Counted from the stretch's first letter, positions 25,136-36,600 are shown. The stretch is 52,299 nucleotides of DNA from Nemertoderma westbladi (GCA_032718475.1 JAUCBJ010001313.1:1-52299); one strand, 5' to 3'. Translations and numbers: made by a program. Notes: generated by a model not told the origin, from the letters alone.

Positions 25136-27986
25136 TTATAATCGTATTTTTATTTGGTCTATAAATGAGTGCCCTAAATATAGAGTAACCAGTAGCAGTA
25201 ATGCCCATCCGCAAGTATCAAACCATATTGAGATACCAACCATAAGTAAATATTGAACAACTATACTAACCAGTAATATGGACTGTTCCAGAACCTTGTA
25301 ACCAAAAACCGATTTCTTCTCCCGCACTCAAAATCAAATTCAACGGCATCTGAAACACATCAGTTGCAGTTTTTAATGATTTTACCATTTCGCGTATTGA
25401 AGGGCACAGATGGATATAAAAACTATAAATCGGGTCCATTTCCCCAATCACATAGATGTCATCCATAATCGTTTAATCTGAGATGAGTGGGTTGAGTTTT
25501 TAATTAAAAAGTGAGACAGTAATGGTATGCCGGATTTATTGCTAAGAGCTGCTAGGCGTAACGAATAATGATGTTTATCATGTATTCTCGCTTATTCTCA
25601 AATCTGATTGGCTAAACAATAGGGTGAAATAACTGTATATCACCCAGCTAAAGCCAAAATACCCAATGTAACTATATAAACACTAATTGGGGAGGGATGG
25701 GGGGTTGGGGGGATTGCAAGGGTGTGTTTGTTTTAGTGGGGTCTGCGTTTCCCCAAACGTGAAGGATACAAAAGTAGCTCACAAAATTTATCAGCGCAAT
25801 AAGCTCGAATATACATGATAAACAGATTATCGCCGGTCCCAGAAGGTGATATACGGTTATAAAACCTTCAGCAAATAAATCATGTATAAATACTTCGGCC
25901 TGCGGCCTCAGTAGTTATACGATTTATTTGCTTCAGGTTTTATAACCGTATATCACCTTCTGGGACAGGCGATAATCTCTGTTTATTAATCATTTTTTAC
26001 TTGTGTGGGATTAGGTAATACAGATGACACCGTGGATTTTGGAGGGAAACCATTGATTGACTCATGCACTTCCGCCCTTGTGGGAATTTATCAATTAATT
26101 AATTAGAAACTTAGATAAACATACTTAAACAACATTATAAATTTGCAACATTAATAATCCTGGTGGTGTTTCATATAGTCTCGGACAATATCTACTCCTG
26201 GAGTGAATTGTCCGGGACCAAAGACCAAACAGTTTGCGTGGGGCCGAATTGTCCGGTCAACTAACCTGGACACAAATGTTGTGATTCAATGTACACAGAA
26301 GGAAATCGATATCTCGATGTTCCAAATAGAGAGACACTGGGGTCCCTTCTGCTCCGTTGTTAACGGGTTCCAATGCGGCCATGGTTATATGGACTCCTTT
26401 AGTCAAACGTTGGTTATATTTGTTACCATGGAACAATGTCACGCCTAAAACAGGTAGAATTATTTACAATCAAGTTTTATTTAGCCCTGTTATGAAAGAA
26501 ATACTGTGTATATATAAATGTGTTACCCTTTGACCACAGAAAAGTAGCAGCAGTAATGAATACTCTTGAGCAGTCGCAGTTAGTCATAAGCTCAAGTAAG
26601 TAATAATGGTGGGAAACAATATAACCTATCTCTTCCACCGGTACAACACAATCACCGAACTGTACCGGTACGGTTCGGTAACCAACCAACCAGTTATTAT
26701 CATATTCATTCATATTTTTAATTGCTGCATTAATTGGAAAATCGGGGAAGGTCTGATATGCTGACGTCATGGGGAGCCGTGAAGGTTGTTTGATTTCAAC
26801 TGACTAAAAACCTTGGAGTATAATAATATATAAGATTATTAGGCCTACTATGGCCTAGGTATGGGGCGCCGTTTGGGCCAAAAATAAAAAAAACATATTA
26901 TATTAAAAAGTTATAATGGTATGTTTTTTTATCTTGCCGTTTGGGCCAAAAGTTGTAATGGTATGTTTTTTTATCTTGCCGTTTGGGCCAAAAGTTGTAA
27001 TGGTATGTTTTTTTATCTTGCCGTTTGGGCCAAAAATAGCTGAGAGGGAAATTTGAATTATCACTTTCTATATACTGTATTTATAGCAATTGCAATTATC
27101 ATCATACCTGTGAGCCTGTCTGCCTATACATGATTGTGGATTGTATTTACACACGGCAGCACGGTACCGTATCGCTGTAGGAGTGGACTTTAGGCTTACC
27201 TCCCGCTGTATGGCGCCTTGGCCTACCAGTACTCATATACTGTCACTGGGTAATGCTGTAATGTAGCGTTAGGCTGTTAGGTACAAATGACAGTCTGACA
27301 TTAAGGCCTGCAGCATTGCAGCATTGTGGACCACTTGATGATAGGCCTATCATCTTGTGGTCCACAATGCTGCAATGCTGCAGGGCCTTAATGTCAGACT
27401 GTCATTTGTACCTAACAGCCTAACGCTACATTACAGCATTACCCAGTGACAGTATATGAGTACTGGTAGGCCAAGGCCCATACAGCCATACAGCGGGAGG
27501 TAAGCCTAAAGTCCACTCCTACAGCGATACGGTACACCGTGTGTAAATACAATCCACAATCATGTATAGGCAGACAGGCTCACAGGTATGATGATAATTG
27601 CAATTGCTAAATACAGTATATAGAAAGTGATAATTCAAATTTCCCTCTCAGCTATTTTTGGCCCAAACGGCAAGATAAAAAAACATACCATTACAACTTT
27701 TGGCCCAAACGGCAAGATAAAAAAACATACCATTACAACTTTTGGCCCAAACGGCAAGATAAAAAAACATACCATTACAACTTTTGGCCCAAACGGCAAG
27801 ATAAAAAACATACCATTATAACTTTTTAATATAATATGTTTTTTTTATTTTTGGCCCAAACGGCGCCCCATACCTAGGCCTATACTATCTAAGAAACTGT
27901 ATGTACTATACCGACCGCCGATCGGTACACATACTGTACTGCCAACCTTGATATTATTATAAAACCTACAACATACCCCAGAACAT
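25136..27986 (-). CDS. Nucleoplasmin-like (NPL) domain protein, FKBP39/HD-tuin type, ~101 aa, 4 exons (last exon uncertain)
   Basis: Exons 27986-27977 (ATG TTC TGG G|gtatgt), 26444-26266 (tttag|...|gttagt), 25349-25271 (ttcag|...|gttagt) and probably 25173-25136 (tttag|...TAA), with consistent phases. Protein MFWGVTL..GNKY..VHITMAAL..LLCTL....QMPLNL..SAGEEIGFWLQGSGTVHITG follows the NPL pattern. Confidence 0.85.
25570..25990. mobile_element. Small hairpin-rich non-autonomous element in NPL intron 2
   Basis: ~70-bp stem at 25818-25986 around the loop TTCGGCCTGCGGCCTCAG; second inverted pair TTTATCATGTATTC..GCTTATT / AATAAGC..GAATATACATGATAAA; CTGATTGGCT motif. Confidence 0.6.
26852..27880. 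mobile_element. Foldback/MITE-like element forming a ~1-kb spacerless palindrome in NPL intron 1
   Basis: Arms are reverse complements from GGCCTAGGTATGGGGCGCCGTTTGGGCC to the centre GATGATAGGCCTATCATC (27345/27346); 42-bp subterminal repeats, 3 left and 4 right. Confidence 0.9.
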
Positions 27987-28450
27987 TACTTCCGAGTTAG
28001 TTTATCACTATATCCCTATATCGGCGGTAACGTTGGCCCGAAGATTGAAGCAATAGGCTAGTTCTGCCTTGAACACCCCTCTTGATCATCTAAATCACTA
28101 CCGGTATTTAATTAGATTTCCTTATTTAAATTTCCCACCATAAACCATTCGCATTATTAGCCAATGCACACCCTCGCCCATCCTTTTATCCAATTGAAAA
28201 GCGCGCCTGTTTTCAACTCACCTGAAACACTTTCCAACCAAGTAGACTGAAAATAATACATATGAATGGGATAATCTTTTTAGGTTCATTAAGCCAAGGA
28301 ATGCCTGTTCACCACCATCGGTGATCTTTCAATACAACAAAATAATACATATAATGGATGATTAGTGCAGTGGGATACAACTTAAAGTGATGGTTGGACT
28401 CAACTGTATTTCAGGGATGTAAATACCATACCATATTGGGTGAGCGTGAG

Positions 28451-30520
28451 ATTACTAAAGCAGGTAACCCATCTCGTTGGGTAAGCGTCATGTTTGTTTA
28501 TCATTACTAAAGCACCCATCGTGTTGGGTAAGCGTCATGTTTGTTTATGATTACTAAAAAGCAGGCAACCCATCTCGTTGGATAAGCGTCATGTTTGTTT
28601 ATGGTTACTAAAGCAGGCAACCCATCTCGTTGGGTAAGCGTCATGTTTGTTTATGGTTACTAAAGCAGGCAACCCATCTCTTTGGGTAAGCGTCATGTTT
28701 GTTTATGGTTACTAAAGCAGGCAACCCATCTCGTTGGGTAAGCGTCATGTTTGTTTATGGTTACTAAAGCAGGCAACCCATCTCGTTGGGTAAGCGTCAT
28801 GTTTGTTTATGGTTACTAAAGCAGGCAACCCATCTCGTTGGGTAAGCATCATGTTTGTTTATGGTTACTAAAGCAGGCAACCCATCTCGTTGGGTAAGCG
28901 TCATGATTGTTTATGGTTACTAAAGCAGGCAACCCATCTCGTTGGGTAAGCGTCATGTTTGTTTATCATTACTAAAGCACCCATCGTGTTGGGTAAGCGT
29001 CATGTTTGTTTATGATTACTAAAAAGCAGGCAACCCATCTCGTTGGGTAAGCGTCATGTTTGTTTATGGTTACTAAAGCAGGCAACCCATCTCGTTGGGT
29101 AAGCGTCATGATTGTTTATGGTTACTAAAGCCGGCAACCCATCTCGTTGGGTAAGCGTCATGTTTGTTTATGGTTACTAAAGCAGGCAACCCATCTCGTT
29201 GGGTAAGCGTCATGATTGTTTATGGTTACTAAAGCAGGCAACCCATCTCTTTGGGTAAGCGTCATGTTTGTTTATGGTTACTAAAGCAGGCAACCCATCT
29301 CGTTGGGTAAGCGTCATGTTTGTTTATGGTTACTAAAGCAGGCAACCCATCTCGTTGGGTAAGCGTCATGTTTGTTTATCATTACTAAAGCACCCATCGT
29401 GTTGGGTAAGCGTCATGTTTGTTTATGATTACTAAAAAGCAGGCAACCCATCTCGTTGGGTAAGCGTCATGTTTGTTTATGGTTACTAAAGCAGGCAACC
29501 CATCTCGTTGGGTAAGCGTCATGATTGTTTATTGTTACTAAAGCAGGCAACCCATCTCGTTGGGTAAGCGTCATGTTTGTTTATGGTTACTAAAGCAGGC
29601 AACCCATCTCATTGGGTAAGCGTCATGATTGTTTATGGTTACTAAAGCAGGCAACCCATCTCTTTGGGTAAGCGTCATGTTTGTTTATGGTTACTAAAGC
29701 AGGCAACCCATCTCGTTGGGTAAGCGTCATGTTTGTTTATGGTTACTAAAGCAGGCAACCCATCTCGTTGGGTAAGCGTCATGTTTGTTTATCATTACTA
29801 AAGCACCCATCGTGTTGGGTAAGCGTCATGTTTGTTTATGATTACTAAAAAGCAGGCAACCCATCTCGTTGGGTAAGCGTCATGTTTGTTTATGGTTACT
29901 AAAGCAGGCAACCCATCTCGTTGGGTAAGCGTCATGATTGTTTATGGTTACTAAAGCAGGCAACCCATCTCGTTGGGTAAGCGTCATGTTTTTTTATGGT
30001 TACTAAAGCAGGCAACCCATCTCTTTGGGTAAGCGTCATGTTTGTTTGTGGTTACTAAAGCAGGCAACCCATCTCGTTGGGTAAGCGTCATGTTTGTTTA
30101 TGGTTACTAAAGCAGGCAACCCATCTCGTTGGGTAAGCGTCATGTTTGTTTATGGTTACTAAAGCAGGCAACCCATCTCGTTGGGTAAGCGTCATGTTTG
30201 TTTATGGTTACTAAAGCAGGCAACCCATCTCGTTGGGTAAGCGTCATGTTTGTTTATGATTACTAAAGCAGGCAACCCATCTCGTTGGGTAAGCGTCATG
30301 TTTGTTTATGGTTACTAAAGCAGGCAACCCATCTCGTTGGGTAAGCGTCATGTTTGTTTATGGTTACTAAAGCAGGCAACCCATCTCGTTGGGCAAGCGT
30401 CATGTTTGTTTATGGTTACTACAGCAGGCAACCCATCTCGTTGGGTAAGCGTCATGTTTGTTTATGGTTACTAAAGCAGGCAACCCATCTCGTTGGGTAA
30501 GCGTCATGTTTGTTTATGGT
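28451..30520. repeat. 52-bp tandem satellite, ~40 copies, with an 8-9-mer higher-order repeat
   Basis: TTACTAAAGCAGGCAACCCATCTCGTTGGGTAAGCGTCATGTTTGTTTATGG; a diagnostic variant pair occurs at 28501, 28966, 29379 and 29792. Confidence 0.98.
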
Positions 30521-30896
30521 GATGTGATGACATTATAATTTGCTATATTAATACAATATCTAAGGTATTTGAGAAGATTTTATTTGTTACAAAACAATAA
30601 TTAAAATCGCAAACTATTTTTGCTTTTAGTGACGAGTGAAATTAAATTTGCCTGATAATTATAAATTTTTTTCAAAACAAAAAGAAGTAAAAGTACTTTG
30701 AGCAAAATTTAATTATATCTAAGCATAAAAAAAGCGAACCAATTTAGGAAATAGTAACGAGGCAATTTAATTATACTATTTTTTAATATGAAATACTCAT
30801 TTTGGCATTACTGTAGTGATGGTAGCAATATCGCGTTATATTTAATACACAATTAATACTAAATTAGAAACATAATGTAATATAGGCTGGTAATTA

Positions 30897-32672
30897 CTAT
30901 GATTGGGATTGCGTTGATTTAATTTTTAAAATGGCTGTAACATTGTTGTCAGTAACACCAATCAAAACAAATAAACTGTTAGTTGGCAAATTATTATAAA
31001 GACTGATGAGTTTGTTCGAATAATAATCGACTACGTAATTGGCCTGTACGGCGGTAGAGTCGGTCGGGTTATTATGAGGGTCAATGGACTTGGGATGTTC
31101 GGACTCGGTTACAAGTTTATTACCAGATGTTATGGTTTGTTCCGGTTGCCTGTCATCAACAAGATGATTCATTCCACCGTCCCTTACGGCTGTTGATTCA
31201 GATTGTCCCGATTCTCCAACACCTGGTCCATCGATGATTACCCTTGGCCTATCCGAATGTCCCGCCTCCCCTCCAACACCACCCTCAGATGTCCCGGTTG
31301 TCCCCAACACGTGCGTGAGGAGATGCAGTTGCAACCAAAGGAAATTGTAGACGCCCTTTACGGCCGCGGCACTGCGTCCTAAGGCCTCGATGTCTGTCCG
31401 AGTTGGTATACAGCTGGTTGCACTGCGTCCGAATCGATGACACATCCTCAGACAATCCACACAACACGACTTCTTACAGGCCCGCTGGAACCCTTTGAAT
31501 ATGTCCTCGACTAACACTCGACTGCCTTTGTTTGCGCCGTTCTTCGGGTTGTCCAGGTTGATAAAGCGCCCTTCTTTCAGTTTAAATTGTACGAGTCTCA
31601 GACATGCCAACGAGTCCTCCAGAGAGTCATGGCCTTCCGGACTTGTCTGAATCTCACATCCGAGGAATTTAGACGCCAATGTTTTTAGTTTAACTCGGTA
31701 TTTTTTTAGATGGTTCGCGGAGTTAAATAGAAACGCGGTGTCGATGAGGTGCGGGTGGAAGAATTTTAGTCGGTTCAAATCCTCGTTGAGGGATTGGCCC
31801 ACGAGGACCGAGTCGCTAGGCAGCAGTGACGTCAGACGAGTCTGCACGTCAGCTAGTCGCGTGGTGACGTGGTCGAGATCGCCGGGTTTTATCCCTGAGT
31901 AGCGGGTCAGGTAGTCGATGACTCGTCGTTCCGGTCGTACCAGGGTCTCCAGGACAACGGACTCCGTTTCATCCACCACGGTCATTCGAGTGACCTCCAG
32001 CTGTCCGCCTTCGGTTCGGCACATCTCGCAGTCCAATCCGAACAGCGGCGAGCTATCGGTAACAGCCGCGTAGCTAGGCAACCTGGAAAACCCAGCGAAC
32101 TCAGGGTTGTCTAGCATCGGGTAGCCGAACTCTAGTTTCATTTCATCTGAAAGCAAAAGTTCTGATTTAGAACAACTCGTACTTTTACTTTCGGTTTCAT
32201 TTCGCACTTTTTTCGGATTCGCGCTCTTCACAACTTTACCTCCTTGTTTTGCCGCGTTAAGAGGGATATAAAGTAAATGGTGGATGATGGAATTGTTTAC
32301 GTATTGGATGTTCTCGAGTTTAACTCCGTCGGAGAGACACGGACCGGTTACGAATGGGCACCGCCACATCTCGAGAGGAACCGCACCGTTAATAAAACAA
32401 CAAACTACTTTGCTAACGGAAGCCGGATTGACGATATCGATAGTGCCTAGAGGATAGTAGCGTTCCCCGCTAACTGCGAGGATCATAAGATTACGTAGCT
32501 CCTCGATCGAGATATCTCGCACAGGCAACACAGGGATGGGCAGCAGCTTAGGGATTGAGTCACCAGTCGGTTGCTTCTTCTGAGAAGCTACAATATCTTC
32601 ATCAATGGTAGATGGATATTCGTTATCGTCCTTATCGACACAATGTTTTCGTTTTTTACCACAAAACGCCAT
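30897..32672 (-). CDS. REXO5: RNA exonuclease 5-like DEDDh 3'-5' exonuclease (REX1 family), single coding exon, ~591 aa
   Basis: SPLFGLDCEMC (ExoI), DYLTRYSGI, VTTRLADVQ, LLPSDSVLVGQSLNEDL (ExoII), IDT, GHDSLEDS (ExoIII). Likely start is ATG 32672 (MAFCGKKRK); AATAAA on the minus strand at ~30579-30584. Confidence 0.88.
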   Translation of the reverse strand: MAFCGKKRKHCVDKDDNEYPSTIDEDIVASQKKQPTGDSIPKLLPIPVLPVRDISIEELRNLMILAVSGERYYPLGTIDIVNPASVSKVVCCFINGAVPLEMWRCPFVTGPCLSDGVKLENIQYVNNSIIHHLLYIPLNAAKQGGKVVKSANPKKVRNETESKSTSCSKSELLLSDEMKLEFGYPMLDNPEFAGFSRLPSYAAVTDSSPLFGLDCEMCRTEGGQLEVTRMTVVDETESVVLETLVRPERRVIDYLTRYSGIKPGDLDHVTTRLADVQTRLTSLLPSDSVLVGQSLNEDLNRLKFFHPHLIDTAFLFNSANHLKKYRVKLKTLASKFLGCEIQTSPEGHDSLEDSLACLRLVQFKLKEGRFINLDNPKNGANKGSRVLVEDIFKGFQRACKKSCCVDCLRMCHRFGRSATSCIPTRTDIEALGRSAAAVKGVYNFLWLQLHLLTHVLGTTGTSEGGVGGEAGHSDRPRVIIDGPGVGESGQSESTAVRDGGMNHLVDDRQPEQTITSGNKLVTESEHPKSIDPHNNPTDSTAVQANYVVDYYSNKLISLYNNLPTNSLFVLIGVTDNNVTAILKIKSTQSQS

Positions 32673-32982
32673 AATTATAGTACCGGTACGGTATCCGGTA
32701 TCAACCTCTGGTGGGTGACCAATCAAGTATGCTGCAGAGGTGTACACACACACAGGCCTACTCCGTCATGCCATGCTGTCATGGTTATCACAAGAAACCA
32801 ATCCACAAAATAAAGGGCGCAGATGCAGAACAGGTAGTTAGTCTTAGTAGCATTGCGGGAATAAGGCATAGTCCAGTAGTCAGGTACAAAGGTAGTGGCG
32901 CAAATTGACCGCGCAACTGAAAAAGTGTGATCTCCAGCGCAAAAAGGAAAAAGTTTAGTTTATTGTTGTTTTTTTACAGAAA

Positions 32983-33611
32983 ACACCGCCATTGTAACTG
33001 TAACCCTCTAACAAGCAGAGCGGGATCAGTGTCGGTGACTGTCCAGTCCACGGTGACAACCCACCGCCATTGTAACTGTAACCCTCTAACAAGCAGAGCG
33101 GGATCAGTGTCGGTGACTGTCCAGTCCACGGTGACAACCCACTGCCACTGTAACTGTAACCCTCTAGAAAGCAGAGCGGGGTCAGTGTCGGTGACTGTCC
33201 AGTCCACGGTGACAACCCACTGCCACTGTAACTGTAACCCTCTAGAAAGCAGAGCGGGATCAGTGTCGGTGACTGTCCAGTCTACGGTGACAACCCACCG
33301 CCACTGTAACTGTAACCCTCTAGAAAGCAGAGCGGGGTCAGTGTCGGTGACTGTCCACCGGTGAAAACCCACCGCCACTGTAACTGTAACCCTCTAGAAA
33401 GCAGAGCGGGATCAGTGTCGGTGACTGTCCAGTCCACGGTGACAACCCACTGCCACTGTAACTGTAACCCTCTAGAAAGCAGAGCGGGATCAGTGTCGGT
33501 GACTGTCCAGTCTACGGTGACAACCCACTGCCACTGTAACTGTAACCCTCTAGAAAGCAGAGCGGGGTCAGTGTCGGTGACTGTCCAGTCCACGGTGACA
33601 ACCCACCGCCA
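32983..33611. repeat. 78-bp tandem satellite, segment 1
   Basis: GTCAGTGTCGGTGACTGTCCAGTCCACGGTGACAACCCACCGCCACTGTAACTGTAACCCTCTAGAAAGCAGAGCGGG, ~8 copies. Confidence 0.97.
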
Positions 33612-34547
33612 CACTGTAAACAGGTTTGATATATTTCACCATAAAGAAGTTGAGCCACAGTCTGCACTATAAGTTTTACTACTCTGACCATAAATACGGC
33701 TACTATTTCACCATGAACAAGTTGTGGTGAAAGAAGTAATCAATTTGTTTAATACTGTGACATGCCAATTTGTTTGGCATATATCCCACAACATTTTTAT
33801 GGTGAAATTAACAACATAAAACATTTGCGTTATTACCCCAATTTTGTTGCGGTGAAAACAACAACATTTTCATAGTTAGTTTAACAATACCACACATTTC
33901 AGCTCTTATATAATTTGTGGTGAAAATGGCAATCACATTGTTCCTTTCAATGATGCTTGTAGGTCGAGCCACGCAGCTTCAATCCATTCTTCCATGCTTG
34001 TGGGCTGATACGGCTGATACATACCATGCTTGTTGGGACACACACCACATTCAATCCTTGGCCTTAACCTAAACAGATTCCTTTTAGCCTGTGTAGACTA
34101 TGTAGTTACTTCCAACTGCAGATAGGGTGGGGGGGAGGGGGTGGGGTCTTGACCCAATCAAAATTCATTCACAGCCCCGTCTGTTCTATTGATGGAAATG
34201 CCCCCCCCCCCCCCCCCCACGTCTCAGCAAATGTGGACAGAGCCGCAACTATTCGTGATACAGAGCGGTAGGATTTGTTGTGTCATTGTATCATTTCTAA
34301 AACACCACCTATTTTTTATTTTATTTTACCGGTTTCACAAAATTATATAACAAAACTGCAAACTCTAGTAGTGCAATTAATACGAAACCTAACACGAAAA
34401 TATCAAGAATATAAAAACAAACGAACATAATGGAGGGGGGGGGGGGCAGTCACTTCTTTCTAACATTTGGGATAGCTCACGTAATATGAAACAATTAAAA
34501 ATTAAAATTAGGAACAATCTAATTTGAGAATGCTGTTCAGTCCAAGT

Positions 34548-36600
34548 TTAAAAAGAGTAAAGCTTATTACGGAGTCGGGAAGCTTTTACACTCTTTGGCC
34601 GAACATCATTGATGAGACTAGCAATAAAATCGGAGACGTCATCCAGGAACTCGAAGTTCATGGCGAATATTAGTGCCAGTAGATAAAGGAACGCTTCGTC
34701 AAGAGTGGGAATCACCTTGCCGACAATACTCCCCTCCATAGTAACAATCGCAGCCTCCATCTTTCCCTCATCCGGTTGAACCATTACTGTAATGAAGCAC
34801 GGCAAATCCCCTGTTCCGGTACTCACTTCAACCGCATAAATATTCTCCAACTCCTCAATCCCATGGGGATTACTCACATCCTCCTAAAATATATAATGAG
34901 TTTACAGTATATTTAATGTATATTATCATGTACAGTATATTATCATCATCATGGTTACCAAAGTTACGAAATATTGATCACAAACATTTTCATATTGCAA
35001 CAAAAAATTATAAAATGGTACGAATTTAATTTTAAGTAATAAAGTAATGAATTTAATAATTCATTAAAGGCTGGACAGGGCATGAACCGTTCATTAAAAT
35101 AATAATAGTAATAATAATTAATAATTTGTGATGTAAATCATAACGGTGTATTATATAAATGAAATATATAATAGCGGTATTTTAAATAAATATAATACAA
35201 GTAATATAAATATATACTGAAATCCAATCGTAAAAACAAAGGCTAACTTACCACATTCTTAATGATACAGGCTGGTTCACTAAAGAACACCGACAGACCC
35301 ATCAATACCTTAACTCTCTGCGAACAGTTATCCTCTCATTTCTCGCACTGGGAAACGATATTAGCCACAGATTCCCGCCTGCTCTAGGGTGAAGTTTCTT
35401 TGAATATCTTCAGTATATTCACTAAGTGGAAATCAACCAATGCCCAGTCCAGGTTATTGTTTGTAAGCAGTTTAAATTCTTGCTTGGCCTAAAAGTAATT
35501 TTATTATATTACATGTATAAGAGAATGTATGTAATGAAATAAAATGAAACAAAATTCTGGAACCGCACAAATTCCCACTCATTTTAATCAAATATATAAA
35601 TAATTTTATTCTTAAATAATTACTTTTTCGCTCGAATATACCCAAAAATCGTGAGAAAGGGAGTACTTTACTTTCTTCTTTTACTTAGTTACTTTTTTCT
35701 TCTTCTTTGGTTCTACTTTTTTCCCATGTAATAAATAATTATAAATATATACAAGAAAGTAATTAGGCCTATAGAAACAAATGGTTTATAATACTGTATA
35801 GTCCTAAACTGTATATAAATATAATTAGATAAATGTCCCAGAATATAGTGTCGTAATTCAGTGACCCCCCCCCCCCCCCCCCCTTATTTGTCTACAAATC
35901 TTAATGAGATTGCAAGAAATTTGAAACAGAGCTAGTTTCATCTCCCTCCTCCTCCGTGGGTGAGTCAGAATTTTTTTGCTTTCAATCTTTAGCTACAAGC
36001 GTTTAAAAAAAGTGTATCCGTCGATATTGTACCAGTCGTACTGCAATTATTCTTCCAGATTTGTAGAAAAATTAGGGGGGGGGGGGGGGGGGGGGCTCGT
36101 GTCATTGAATTACGACACTATATTCTGGGTCATGGTGTATATTACTGTATTAATGTTATGATCCCTATTAAACTATGAAAATTAAATAATTATTTAGCCA
36201 GAAACCCTGAAAGCATATAGTTTAATTATCATACTAACCACGGGCAGACGGGAAGTTCAACCAAAGATGACCACTTTCTAAGAATCTCCACAACACTGTT
36301 GTTCCCAGCCACAACGTACTGGCGGCGCATAGACAAAGTCGACTTATATTCAGCTAAAAGTTGGGTCCAGTCCTGCAGTCGTCAGCAGTTTTTGGATCAA
36401 CAGATTGTAAGCGAGTTGCGGTTTCAACTTCAGTTGATACGGTGACAGTCGGTTCTGGCAAAAAGTTGACGACTCCACGAATTGCTTTCTTAATCCCCTT
36501 ATGACTTATGAGTATCCCCTTTACGTTTTCCGCTATTGACAGAAACTTCTAAAGCGCCAAGCCCGGCCATTTCGCGCCGGTAGTCACTCATTTTACTTCT
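34548..36600 (-). pseudogene. Spliced SAMD3-like (EnSpm accessory ORF) pseudogene
   Basis: Exons ~36600-36239 (KMSDYRR..G..EVSVNSGKRK..IKK..RGVVNFLP..T..MRRQYVV....VVEILRKW, frameshifted), 35488-35252 (EFKLLT..VLMGLSVFFSE, two stops) and 34883-34548 (EG..V...LDEAF..LLALIFAMN..FI...LRNKL); GT-AG, phase-0 junctions. Confidence 0.72.
35837..36129. mobile_element. MITE nested in an intron of the SAMD3-like pseudogene
   Basis: TIR CCCAGAATATAGTGTCGTAATTCA / TGAATTACGACACTATATTCTGGG followed internally by poly-C / poly-G; no clear TSD. Confidence 0.75.

Noticed and set aside
1-30520. Regular 44-53-bp repeat arrays as CRISPR
   Set aside because: Head-to-tail monomers with no unique spacers, no cas genes, eukaryotic context
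32673-32753. 27-aa N-terminal extension of the REXO5-like ORF given in the ORF track
   Set aside because: It starts at a GTG; the first ATG is at 32672, although an upstream exon cannot be excluded
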